The position numbers were made by a program, and so were the translations under genes. Positions 38,309 to 47,458 of a stretch of 64,000 bases of DNA are shown here, in pieces (the stretch's first letter is position 1; each line of letters starts with the position of its first letter). The DNA comes from Christensenella sp. UBA7703. Its GTDB lineage: Bacteria; Bacillota; Clostridia; Christensenellales; CAG-138. The stretch spans positions 2,888 to 66,887 of the forward strand of contig DLGD01000037.1 of the NCBI GenBank assembly GCA_002482505.1. The letters run 5' to 3'. The notes under the pieces were generated by a model. The model was not told the DNA's origin. It did no database searches and was given only the letters and a program-made list of their open reading frames with translations.

Positions 38309-38789
38309 GCGATTTATTGCCCCTTTCGTGTGCCTGTCTATCTCAAAATGGTACGATTCTTCGTTAGAAATGCGGGAAGCTGCCGATTTGGTTCTTTGTC
38401 TATCCGTGCGAAGCCTGATCTTGCGAGGATTTTTGCAGCTTGCGCACGCATGATATCGATTGTGCCTGTCAGCATTATTCCATGTTTTGACTTGTTAATC
38501 AAGACTTGCGATGGTTTTACGTGTTGTTTTTCTCGCGGGACACTGCGAAAAAACGAAGTTTGCCTACGGAATGATCCTGCGCGAACAAGAATTTTACCCA
38601 AAGCAGTACGTTTGCGTGATTACGTTGCGGAAAACGTGATTCAACCTGATATACTATAGATTAGTGTATTAGGAAATGTGTTGATTCTTCCTAATTATTA
38701 CAAGAAAAAGCACAAGTGAAGAAACTGGTTTTTCCTGAATTGCTTTATTATGAAAAAACAGGAAACAAATATCATTGGAGGTGTGTGAA

Positions 38790-39803
38790 ATGAAAATACT
38801 CATGATCGGCGGAACAGGGCTATTGGGCAGCCAGGCCGCGCGAGAACTCATCTCCCGCGGGCACAGTGTGCATTCCATCGCGCTGCCGCCGCTGCCCGAA
38901 GGCGCGCTGCTGCCAACGGAGATGACGCTAACGCTGAAAAACAGCAACGAAATGACAGACGACGAGCTCCGCGCGGCATTTGCGGGCATGGACGGGTTCC
39001 TCTTTGCCGCGGGGGTGGATGAGCGGGTGGAGGGGCCTTCGCCCATCTATGACTTCTTCAAAAAATACAACATCACGCCGCTGGAGCGGATGCTCCGCCT
39101 CGCAAAAGAGAGCGGGGTAAAGCACGTGGTCATCGCGGGCTCCTATTTCTCCTATTTTGCCAAGAAATGGCCCGAGATGGAGATGACGAAATGGCATCCC
39201 TATATCCGCAGCAGGATCGATCAGGAGAACATGGCGTTTTCGTTTGCGGACGAAAACTTTGCGGTCTCCGTGCTGGAGCTACCGTATATCTTTGGCGCAC
39301 AGAAGGGCAGAAAGCCCGTCTGGGTGTTCCTTGTGGAGATGCTGCTCAAGATGAAAGGCGCGGTTCTGTATCCGCGCGGCGGCACCACGATGGTCACCGT
39401 GCGTCAGGTTGGACAGGCATTTGCCGGCGCGCTGGAGCGCAGCGTGGGTGCAAACGCCTATCCCATTGGCTGGTTTAACCTGACGTGGAGAGAGATGATC
39501 ACCATCATGAACAAATACATGGGCGTTCCGCAGAAGAAGATCATCACGATTCCGAAGTTCCTCTTTGCCATGAGCGCAAAGCAGATTGAGCAGGCGCACC
39601 GCTCCAAGGGCACCGAGGGCGGGCTGGACATGACCAAGTTTGTCGATATGCAGACGAGCAACCTCTTCATCGATAAAACGGAAGCCTGCCTCCCGCTTGG
39701 GGTTACGGACGATGACATCGACGCGGCAATCGGCGAATCCGTGCTCTTGAGCATGGATGTGCTGGACCAAAAGGCGAAGGTCATCGACATGAAGGGCGAA
39801 TAA
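38790..39803 (+). CDS. NAD(P)-dependent epimerase/dehydratase-family (extended/atypical SDR) protein
   Basis: The N-terminal Rossmann motif is MKILMIGGTGLLGS. The ATG at 38790 follows GGAGGTGTGTGAA. Confidence 0.75.
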   Translation: MKILMIGGTGLLGSQAARELISRGHSVHSIALPPLPEGALLPTEMTLTLKNSNEMTDDELRAAFAGMDGFLFAAGVDERVEGPSPIYDFFKKYNITPLERMLRLAKESGVKHVVIAGSYFSYFAKKWPEMEMTKWHPYIRSRIDQENMAFSFADENFAVSVLELPYIFGAQKGRKPVWVFLVEMLLKMKGAVLYPRGGTTMVTVRQVGQAFAGALERSVGANAYPIGWFNLTWREMITIMNKYMGVPQKKIITIPKFLFAMSAKQIEQAHRSKGTEGGLDMTKFVDMQTSNLFIDKTEACLPLGVTDDDIDAAIGESVLLSMDVLDQKAKVIDMKGE

Positions 39804-39904
39804 TCCTTTTACCTCGAAGTGAATCAAACCTACAAAAAAGCCGGGAGTAAAATTCCCGGCTTTGCTTTTGCGTGGTTTCGGTTGTTAAGAACGTTGAGTT
39901 TGTC

Positions 39905-41149
39905 TCAATCCTTCTTCGGACCTTGATTTTGCGCGCGAAGGCCAAAGAGCGCCTGCATCTCCAGATACCCCGGGTTATCCTTGCGCCAATAGCTCATCGC
40001 ATATTCCCGATTTTTGTTGGAAGCTTTGATCGTGATATTCGGGAGCTTTGCAATCAACGCTGCGCTCATATCCTCAAGCTGCCGGTCGGTTAACCCGCTG
40101 CAACTGATCCAGAGCCGCTCCAGCAAAGGCAGATCAAGGAGCGCATCGTAGGACGAGATATTGTTGTTGTTCAGGTTGAGGTACTTCAGCTTTTTGAGGT
40201 TTGCAATCGGCGAAATGTCCGTGACGTAGTTGTAGTTCAGCTCAAGGAACTCTAGCTGGGTCAGCGAGGCAAGCGCAGAGATATCCGTAAGGTCGCAAAG
40301 CGAAATATCAAGAATCCGAAGCTGCGGCAGATTAGTCAGGAAGTTGACATCGCCAATATTGGTGCAGTGGCCAACATCCAGCGCAACCAGATCGGTGCAG
40401 TATTTCAAATTTTCAAAATCCGAGCTGCGAACGCGCTTATAGGAGAACGAATCGCCTGCATACCAACCTGCTCCGTCGGGAAACTTCCGCTTTTGACCGG
40501 TGCTGAAGCCCTTGATATCCGTGCGAAGAATCCATTTGTATACGTTTGTATACCAGATGAACTTTGTCTGCGGGTAACGCTCCCGCATGGCAGCCATCTC
40601 CTCGTCGCTAGGCCCCGTGCCGCACATATCCAGTCGCGTGAGCTTCGGCAGCAGCACCAGAGAATCAGAGAAAATGGTGGCATCCGGCACCTTATACTCC
40701 CTTAGATCCAGCTCGGCTACGTCCGAGCGAACGCTGAGATCCTCCAACAATTGCACCTTCCAAACAAAGGAAACATTCGGATATGCTTGCGCCAGCGCGA
40801 TCTGGTCGGCGAGCGCAAAAATCTCGTCATCAAACGTTACCTGTGCCAGCGCGGGCAGGCGGGCGAGGTCGGTCTTTAGGGGGACGAGGTCGACGGTCTT
40901 CCCGCTGAGGTCGAGCGCTGTCGTGTTTGCCGGATATGTTTCCCCGCCAATTGTCACATCTGCAACGGGTGTGACCTCGGGGGATTGCTTCGCGAGCGCT
41001 TCCGCCTCTTTGCTGTCCGGCATCGGCGTGTCCGCGCCGGGGGTAGCTTTGCCGGATGGCGCGCAGGCGTAGACAAGCAGCAATGCGCAAAGGCAAAGCG
41101 CAAGAGAAGCGCGTTGAAAGACTCTTTGACCAAACAGTTTATGAATCAA
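39905..41149 (-). CDS. Leucine-rich-repeat (internalin-like) surface lipoprotein
   Basis: Multiple ~22-aa LRRs are present (LDISLCDLTDISALASLTQLEFLELNYNYVTDISPIANLKKLKYLNLNNNNIS). I favour the TTG start at 41149 (RBS AGGTGA, 5-nt spacing), which gives signal peptide MIHKLFGQRVFQRASLALCLCALLLVYAC. The ORF-track start at 41341 adds an implausible 64 aa. Confidence 0.7.
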   Translation of the reverse strand: MIHKLFGQRVFQRASLALCLCALLLVYACAPSGKATPGADTPMPDSKEAEALAKQSPEVTPVADVTIGGETYPANTTALDLSGKTVDLVPLKTDLARLPALAQVTFDDEIFALADQIALAQAYPNVSFVWKVQLLEDLSVRSDVAELDLREYKVPDATIFSDSLVLLPKLTRLDMCGTGPSDEEMAAMRERYPQTKFIWYTNVYKWILRTDIKGFSTGQKRKFPDGAGWYAGDSFSYKRVRSSDFENLKYCTDLVALDVGHCTNIGDVNFLTNLPQLRILDISLCDLTDISALASLTQLEFLELNYNYVTDISPIANLKKLKYLNLNNNNISSYDALLDLPLLERLWISCSGLTDRQLEDMSAALIAKLPNITIKASNKNREYAMSYWRKDNPGYLEMQALFGLRAQNQGPKKD

Positions 41150-41432
41150 ATGTATCACCTGCTTTTCGGGGAAATTGCAAATTTCGTTGCCGTCTTGCGT
41201 TCGATTCCAAACAATAACAGACCAGTTGTGATCTGTGAAACACAAACCCGTGCAGAGAACAACGAGAAGCATAGAATCTATCTGATTATACCAACCCCAA
41301 AAGGGAAAGTAAACTTGAGCGGGATTGAAAGACTGGAACACTTTGCCTACCGTTTAAAAAATACACCGGTACTTGCAGCACGGTGTATTTTGGTTTTGAA
41401 GCAGATACGGATGCATGCCCGCGTTGAGAACG

Positions 41433-42827
41433 CTATTTTGCGACCTTCTCTTTGTTGATGATTCCGCCAAAGACGGTGCGGAGGCAAATCCGCAGATCGA
41501 GCCAAAGCGACCAGTGGTCGATATACCAAATATCGTGTTTGACGCGTTCTTCAATCGAGGTGTCCCCGCGATAACCGTTTACCTGTGCCCAGCCGGTGAT
41601 GCCGGGGCGCACAAGATGCTTGAGCATATACAGCGGCACGGTCTCCTGAAATTGCTCCACATAGTGCGGTACTTCAGGACGCGGGCCGACGAGGCTCATG
41701 TCGCCTTTGAGCACGTTGAAAAACTGCGGCAGTTCGTCGATGCTGGTCTTGCGCATCAGGCTGCCGAAGCGTGTCTTGCGCGGGTCGTCATTCTTGGTCC
41801 AGCCGGTTTTTTCGTCTGCGTTGACGCGCATGGAGCGAAATTTATACATTTGAAACAGGTGCTTGTTTTTGCCGACGCGCGTCTGCTTGAAGATGATTGG
41901 CCCCGGGCTGGAAAGCTTTGTCCCGATGGCGGCAAAGAGCATCACAGGGCTGGTGAGCACGATGAACACCAGCGCGGAAACGATGTCAAACAGGCGCTTG
42001 ACTACCGCGTTTCCGGGGAGGTCCAGCGGCGTGGTGCGCAGGCTTAAGAGCTTGCATTCCCCTAGGTTTTGGATCGTGGTGCTTGCGGGAATATAGTCGT
42101 TGTAATGGGGAATGATGGAGACCTTTGTGCCGTATTTTTCCGTTGCGGCAATGATCTGCGGCAAAAGCGTCGCCTGTTCCAACTCCAGCGCCACAACGAC
42201 CTCGTCGATGCCGGAGGAGGCAATCAGTTCGCTCCCGTTGTTCGACCAGTCACCAAGACAGGTTAAGCCATCGATTGCGCAGCTGGTTCCGATGTAGCCA
42301 TCGATGGTATAGCCGAACTGCGGCGCATTTTGGATGGTCTTAACGTATTTCTGCGCGAGCGCGCCGCTGCCGATAAGCACCACGTGTTTGAGGTTGTAGC
42401 CGCGGCTTCGATAGCGCCAAAGCACCGTGCGAACAAGCAGCCTTTTCACCAGCACCAGCACACTGGAGAGCGCGAAAAAGAGCGCGAACGCCGCGCGTGA
42501 AAAATTGCTCAAGCGGAAGAGGTAAAACAGCATGCCGCCGCCAAGAACGGTGACCGCGTTGACGATCAGAACCCACTTGATGTCAAAATTGAATGATTTT
42601 CCGCGCACGGAGTCGTAGAGCTTGGCAAGCTGATAGCCAAACACGCTGACCAGAGCAAACGTAAGCGCAAACCAGAAGAGATTTGCGGGGTAGAGTGCAG
42701 GGTTTTGCGGGTCCTGTCGCACGACGAGCAGCCAAAAACAAGTGGCGGCATAATAGGAAACGCCCACGATAAAAAAGTCGATCAAGCGATTGATCTGCGT
42801 GAATACGCGCTGCCATTTTTTAATCAT
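41433..42827 (-). CDS. Polyprenyl-phosphate glycosyl-1-phosphate transferase (WbaP/EpsL-type priming sugar transferase)
   Basis: TM helices and a central Rossmann-like domain precede the C-terminal bacterial sugar transferase motifs: KRLFDIVSAL, PIIFKQTRVGKN, FQMYKFRSM, DELPQFFNVLKGDMSLVGPRP. Confidence 0.9.
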   Translation of the reverse strand: MIKKWQRVFTQINRLIDFFIVGVSYYAATCFWLLVVRQDPQNPALYPANLFWFALTFALVSVFGYQLAKLYDSVRGKSFNFDIKWVLIVNAVTVLGGGMLFYLFRLSNFSRAAFALFFALSSVLVLVKRLLVRTVLWRYRSRGYNLKHVVLIGSGALAQKYVKTIQNAPQFGYTIDGYIGTSCAIDGLTCLGDWSNNGSELIASSGIDEVVVALELEQATLLPQIIAATEKYGTKVSIIPHYNDYIPASTTIQNLGECKLLSLRTTPLDLPGNAVVKRLFDIVSALVFIVLTSPVMLFAAIGTKLSSPGPIIFKQTRVGKNKHLFQMYKFRSMRVNADEKTGWTKNDDPRKTRFGSLMRKTSIDELPQFFNVLKGDMSLVGPRPEVPHYVEQFQETVPLYMLKHLVRPGITGWAQVNGYRGDTSIEERVKHDIWYIDHWSLWLDLRICLRTVFGGIINKEKVAK

Positions 42828-43254
42828 GACACACCCTGATTTCATGAAAATTTTTGTATACCCGCTCTTGTTGAACGCGAGGTAATACTGTGGCGTACTG
42901 TTCTCAGACTTTTATCTTACGCAATCTTCGGCATCCCGTCAACCAAATCAGGAAAATCATAATTCGCCTATCGTTCCTGCGAATCAAACGCTCTCTGCTT
43001 GGGCCGAAGAAGACAGCCCTTTATGTGTACGAAAAACGGAACGATATGCGGGAGCTGTTTGCAAAACAAAACCGAACCAAAAGAACGGAATCACCTGAAA
43101 AAAGTTGAACATTTTTTCTGGCCGATATATGGAAAAAACACTCGCGGAGGAACTCGGGATAGAGTATGATAGTCTGGATATTGTGATACAAGCGCGCCGA
43201 AAGAGAAAGAACATTTTTGCAGGAAACGGCGCAGCGTAAGAGGAGGTACTATTT

Positions 43255-44085
43255 TTGGATGCAACGTTAAAAAAGCGGTTGGAGCGTTTCGCGCTTGAAA
43301 TCCGCGTCGGCGTGCTGGAGCAGATGAAAGCGCGCGGCTTTGGCCATGTTGGCGGCTCGCTGAGCATTGCGGACGCATTGGCGGTACTCTACGGCAGCCA
43401 GATGCGCTTTGACCCCAAGAACCCGGATTGGGCGGAGCGTGACAAGCTGGTCTGCTCCAAGGGTCACGCAGGCCCCGCGGTCTATTCCGCGCTCGCGATT
43501 TCGGGATTCTTTCCTTATGAAATGCTCAAAACGCTCAACCAGCCCGGCACATGCCTGCCGAGCCATTGCGACCGGAACAAGACCCCGGGCGTGGACATGA
43601 CCACGGGCTCTCTGGGACAGGGCACGAGCCTTGCCTGCGGGATGGCGCTTGGCGAAAAGCTCCGCGGACGCGACGCGCGGGTGTTCCTCATCGTTGGCGA
43701 CGGCGAAGCAAACGAGGGTCAGGTTTGGGAAGCGTGCATGTTTGCCTCCGCAAAAAAGCTTGGCAACCTCGTGCTGCTGCTGGATGTCAACGGCAAACAG
43801 CTCGACGGCTGCACCAAGGATATTCTGGACACGCTGGATCTTTCCGCAAAGGTTCAGGCGTTCGGGTTTGATACCGTCAGCATCGACGGAAACGACATTG
43901 AGGCGGTCTACAATGCACTGGAGCGCACGAGAAACGGCGGGGACAAACCCTATGCCATCGTGCTCAACACCATCAAGGGCAAAGGCATTGCCGCGGTAGA
44001 GCAGGCAAAGAGCAACCACAGCATGGCGGTTTCGACCGAGCAGTGGAACGAATGGCTGCTTTCGCTGACCGCGCAGCTGGACTAA
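43255..44085 (+). CDS. Transketolase, N-terminal (TPP-binding) subunit
   Basis: GHVGGSLSIADALAVLY, SKGHAGPAVY and GDGEANEGQVWEA are present. TTG start 8 nt after GAGGAGG. Confidence 0.9.
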   Translation: MDATLKKRLERFALEIRVGVLEQMKARGFGHVGGSLSIADALAVLYGSQMRFDPKNPDWAERDKLVCSKGHAGPAVYSALAISGFFPYEMLKTLNQPGTCLPSHCDRNKTPGVDMTTGSLGQGTSLACGMALGEKLRGRDARVFLIVGDGEANEGQVWEACMFASAKKLGNLVLLLDVNGKQLDGCTKDILDTLDLSAKVQAFGFDTVSIDGNDIEAVYNALERTRNGGDKPYAIVLNTIKGKGIAAVEQAKSNHSMAVSTEQWNEWLLSLTAQLD

Positions 44086-44098
44086 GGAGGGAATGAAC

Positions 44099-45055
44099 AT
44101 GATGGATTTAATTTACGATGGAAGCATGGATTCCCGCCTGTTTAAGGACATTCTGGGCAAGACCATCAAGGAACTCAGCGAACAGGACAGCGACTTCATC
44201 TATCTCGACGCGGATCTGATGAGTTGCATCGGCACCTGCGGCTGGTCGGCGGAGCACCCCGAGCGCGGCATCAACTGCGGCATTTCGGAATCAAACATGA
44301 TCGGCGTTGCGTGCGGCCTTGCGGCAACAGGCTTCAAGCCCGTTGTGCATACGTTTGGCCCGTTTGCCTCCCGCCGCGTGTTTGACCAGGTGTTTCTCTC
44401 GGCGGGCTACGCCAAGAACGACATCACGATCATCGGCACCGACCCAGGTGTGACGGCCGCGTTCAACGGCGGCACGCATATGCCGTTTGAAGATGTTGCG
44501 CTCTATCGCACGATTCCGACCGCGACGATCATCGACATCACCGATGTTCCGATGCTCATCAGCGTGCTCAAGCAGTGCAAAGACCTGCCGGGCGTGAAAT
44601 ACATCCGCGTTGGCAGAAAGAATGCGGCAAAGGTGTTTGCGGACGGCACGGAGACGCCGATTGGCTCCGCGATCACGCTCCGCGAAGGCAAGGATGTCGC
44701 AATCTTTGCCTGCGGCATTATGGTGCACGAAGCGATGCAGGCGGCAAACAAACTCGCCGAAAGCGGCATTGAAGCTGCGGTGGTCAATTTCTTCACCATC
44801 AAGCCGCTGGATACCGAGGCGGTGAAGCAATACGCCAAGCAGTGCGGCAACATCGTGGTCGCTGAAAACCACAACAAAATCGGCGGACTTTACAGCGCGG
44901 TTTGTGAAACACTCGCGCGCGAGAACACCGCGAGGATTGACGTGGTTGCGGTCAACGACGAATATGGCGAGGTTGGCCCGCAGGATTATCTGCAAAAGCG
45001 CTTCGGCCTGACGGCGGATCACATCGTTGAGACCGTCAAGGCGCTGGTGAAATAG
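44099..45055 (+). CDS. Transketolase, C-terminal (pyrimidine-binding) subunit
   Basis: CGISESNMIGVACGLAATGFKPVVHTFGPF, followed by the C-terminal domain. The ATG at 44099 is 7 nt after AAGGAGGG; the alternative ATG at 44093 is too close. Confidence 0.9.
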   Translation: MMDLIYDGSMDSRLFKDILGKTIKELSEQDSDFIYLDADLMSCIGTCGWSAEHPERGINCGISESNMIGVACGLAATGFKPVVHTFGPFASRRVFDQVFLSAGYAKNDITIIGTDPGVTAAFNGGTHMPFEDVALYRTIPTATIIDITDVPMLISVLKQCKDLPGVKYIRVGRKNAAKVFADGTETPIGSAITLREGKDVAIFACGIMVHEAMQAANKLAESGIEAAVVNFFTIKPLDTEAVKQYAKQCGNIVVAENHNKIGGLYSAVCETLARENTARIDVVAVNDEYGEVGPQDYLQKRFGLTADHIVETVKALVK

Positions 45056-45082
45056 TCCCGCCACAACACAACAAATGAAGAA

Positions 45083-45119
45083 AGAGGGGATGCAAGTGTG
45101 ATGCGTTCCCTCTTTTTTG
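45083..45119 (+). terminator. Rho-independent terminator after the transketolase genes
   Basis: AGAGGGGA-15 nt-TTCCCTCT stem followed by TTTTTT. Confidence 0.75.
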
Positions 45120-45208
45120 TCGCTTGACAGCTGTTTTTGATTAGTTGGTTGGATGTCTCTCCGTGGTTGGAAGACGGCTATTCGAGTGAGAAGAACGTAC
45201 AGAGTGAC

Positions 45209-45889
45209 TCAACCGCTAAACCCTTCCTTGCCATTCACGTTATAGAGCCCGTAGAAGGAAAGCACTCCTCCACTTTCTGCGCTGGAATCTCTTGGTACAT
45301 CGACCCACTCTGTGAACCCTTCGGGTAACGTATAGATCGTCATTCCTGGCAGGAAAAGCCGGAATTCACCCGCATCATCAAATCCGTATGGTTTTGAAGT
45401 AATGTATCGTATGCCATCATCGCCAATCTTTTCCTCGTTGACAGTCCCTTCTTGCGAGAGGGACTCACATTCCATGGAGTATTCAAAATCACTGATCTTG
45501 TTCAACGATGAGAATTTTCCACTGAAGGCGCAGACGTATTGCGTTCCATTGGGGTAATCTGAACCATTATCGCCCATATCCGAGTCGGAGTAGTATCCTC
45601 TGAACGATCCGTCTGAAGAGATGGTTACCTCCGTTTGCCAAGCACCTGCGCCGCCTAGAAAGACAAATACGATGTCGGCAAGATCGGCATAAGTAAAATC
45701 AAGCGAGGGAGACTGCGGAGTTGGTGTACTGACGGGCAAGAGCAGCTCGACGGTATCGATCGGTGCAGCAGAGACGATTGATATTTGCACTGGAGTTGGA
45801 ATCTCGGCTGAAGGGTTGGGGCTACTGCAAGAAATGCAGCAAGCTCCAATGAGTAGGATAATCGATAGAACTTTTATGCAACGAATCAT
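45209..45889 (-). CDS. Hypothetical lipoprotein
   Basis: The signal peptide with lipobox-like LLIGAC(C) is followed by a P/S/T-rich linker and a ~150-aa domain with no motif I recognise. The surrounding DNA is visibly AT-richer than neighbouring genes. Confidence 0.5.
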   Translation of the reverse strand: MIRCIKVLSIILLIGACCISCSSPNPSAEIPTPVQISIVSAAPIDTVELLLPVSTPTPQSPSLDFTYADLADIVFVFLGGAGAWQTEVTISSDGSFRGYYSDSDMGDNGSDYPNGTQYVCAFSGKFSSLNKISDFEYSMECESLSQEGTVNEEKIGDDGIRYITSKPYGFDDAGEFRLFLPGMTIYTLPEGFTEWVDVPRDSSAESGGVLSFYGLYNVNGKEGFSG

Positions 45890-46223
45890 GTTGTGTTACA
45901 CTCCGAATAGACAGACTGAATATCATGCAGTATACCATGGCGCAGGCACTCCGCAAAGTTACTGTTGTTGAATTCCAGATCGATCATAACATCGTCGCAG
46001 TGATACATATTGGAGCATTCCAAAGCGGCTGAATTGTATTTTTATGTCTATCGCTGACAACGTAGCTCCAGATGAGGTAAAATGTGATTTGGAAAGATAT
46101 CTTGAAGTATATGTTTTATTGTTAGCGCGAAGAAATTGAATGACACGCCATGATACAGATCAGGAGCTATGAGTGAGAATCGTAAAACAATGAAACTTTG
46201 GATGAATACAGGAGGGCAAAACC

Positions 46224-46499
46224 ATGGAGTTTCAGATTACCGACGGGCGCGTTTATTATCAGGACGAGAAGAACGAGGTGCTCGCACAGGCGACGTATTC
46301 CTATGTGAGTGGGGGGGTTGTCGACATTGACCACACCTATGTCAGCCCCGTTTTGCGCGGGCAGGGCATTGCGGGGAAATTGATGGAAGCGCTTGCATCC
46401 GATCTTCGCGCAAAGGGGCTGAAGGCCGCCGCCTCCTGTTCCTATGCGGAGGCATGGCTGGAAAAGAACCGCGAGAACTATGGGGATATCATCGCCTGA
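46224..46499 (+). CDS. Small GNAT-like N-acetyltransferase (YjdJ/Acetyltransf_CG type)
   Basis: 91 aa. DIDHTYVSPVLRGQGIAGKLMEAL…CSYAEAWLEKN matches the short GNAT family pattern. Confidence 0.7.
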   Translation: MEFQITDGRVYYQDEKNEVLAQATYSYVSGGVVDIDHTYVSPVLRGQGIAGKLMEALASDLRAKGLKAAASCSYAEAWLEKNRENYGDIIA

Positions 46500-46695
46500 T
46501 CGAGCGCGCGGATACAATGGTATGCGCCGCGTGCATATTATATGCGATATGCACGCTGCATCATAGGATTCTGCCTGAACCGCAACGCATATGCAGGCGG
46601 CGTGACCTGCGGCATATAATATGAACGAATTTGAAATTCCTGTTGTTTCATGCATGAAAACGGCTGTTTTGGGGCGTGTGTATGCACCCGGTGTG

Positions 46696-46725
46696 TTGAC
46701 AGCGTAATGCGAACAATACTACAAT
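46696..46725 (+). promoter_or_regulatory. Sigma-A-type promoter upstream of lepB
   Basis: TTGACA (46696-46701), an 18-nt spacer and TACAAT (46720-46725). Confidence 0.55.
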
Positions 46726-46856
46726 CAAGTCAAGTTGCCAGGGGGTCTTTCCTTGGGGGGAATCCTGCAACTCTCTATGCCATTTGTTTCGGCCTTTGAA
46801 TTTGGTTTTCATCCATTTTTCACCCAGAGAAGGCCGGGGAAATCAGAGGTCTTTGC

Positions 46857-47432
46857 ATGCGGCAATCAGGAATCTACGTGCCACAAGACGATCCGGCGGA
46901 TGACTGGGCATATCTTCCGGTTGCGCGCGCGCGGCGGCGTTCGGGCGCGGGTAAGGTTCTGCTTGGTGTCTTTGCCGCGATACTGCTCCTTTCGGCGCTT
47001 GCGCTGCTCTATATCCGTCAATACACCGTGACGGGTGTTTCGATGGAACCCACGCTGATGGCGGGAGATCGCGTTTTTTACGTCGGATTTACCGAGGCAA
47101 ACTATGGTGATCTGGTCATCTTTGACGCGGGCGACCTCTACGGCTTGGTCATCAAACGCGTTGCCGGACTTCCCGGAGACCGCGTTGAGGTCACAGCGGA
47201 CGGACACCTGCTGCGCAACGGAATAACGGTTGACGAAGGTTATATCATTCCAGATTCGCTCGGCAACAGCGCGATGGCGGAGACGAGGGTTGAGAACGGG
47301 AAGCTCTTCTTGTTGGGAGACAATCGCGCGGCCTCCATCGACAGCCGCGATATCCGCGTCGGCCAGATCGCGATTTCGTCTGTGCGCGGCGTGGTCACGC
47401 AGATGCTGCGCAGCACGGGGTCAACTTCATAA
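46857..47432 (+). CDS. lepB: Signal peptidase I (S26 family)
   Basis: GVSMEPTL (catalytic Ser), VIKRVAGLPGD (catalytic Lys) and LLGDNRAASIDSR are present, with one N-terminal TM helix. Confidence 0.9.
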   Translation: MRQSGIYVPQDDPADDWAYLPVARARRRSGAGKVLLGVFAAILLLSALALLYIRQYTVTGVSMEPTLMAGDRVFYVGFTEANYGDLVIFDAGDLYGLVIKRVAGLPGDRVEVTADGHLLRNGITVDEGYIIPDSLGNSAMAETRVENGKLFLLGDNRAASIDSRDIRVGQIAISSVRGVVTQMLRSTGSTS

Positions 47433-47458
47433 GATCAATACGTTCGTCAAGCGCCTGC

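Noticed and set aside
38440-38700. Possible Rex/PerR operators upstream of the flavodiiron gene (TTGTTAATCAAGAC at ~38497; inverted repeat ATTAGGAA-12-TTCCTAAT at 38668-38695).
   Set aside because: Only one Rex half-site (TTGTTAA) is present, without the TTAACAA partner. The inverted repeat is real but matches no box I know, and its position relative to a promoter could not be established.
46167-46655. 162-aa minus-strand ORF overlapping the small GNAT gene.
   Set aside because: The plus-strand 91-aa ORF has a recognisable GNAT motif and an RBS (AGGAGGGCAAAACC). The antisense ORF has neither.
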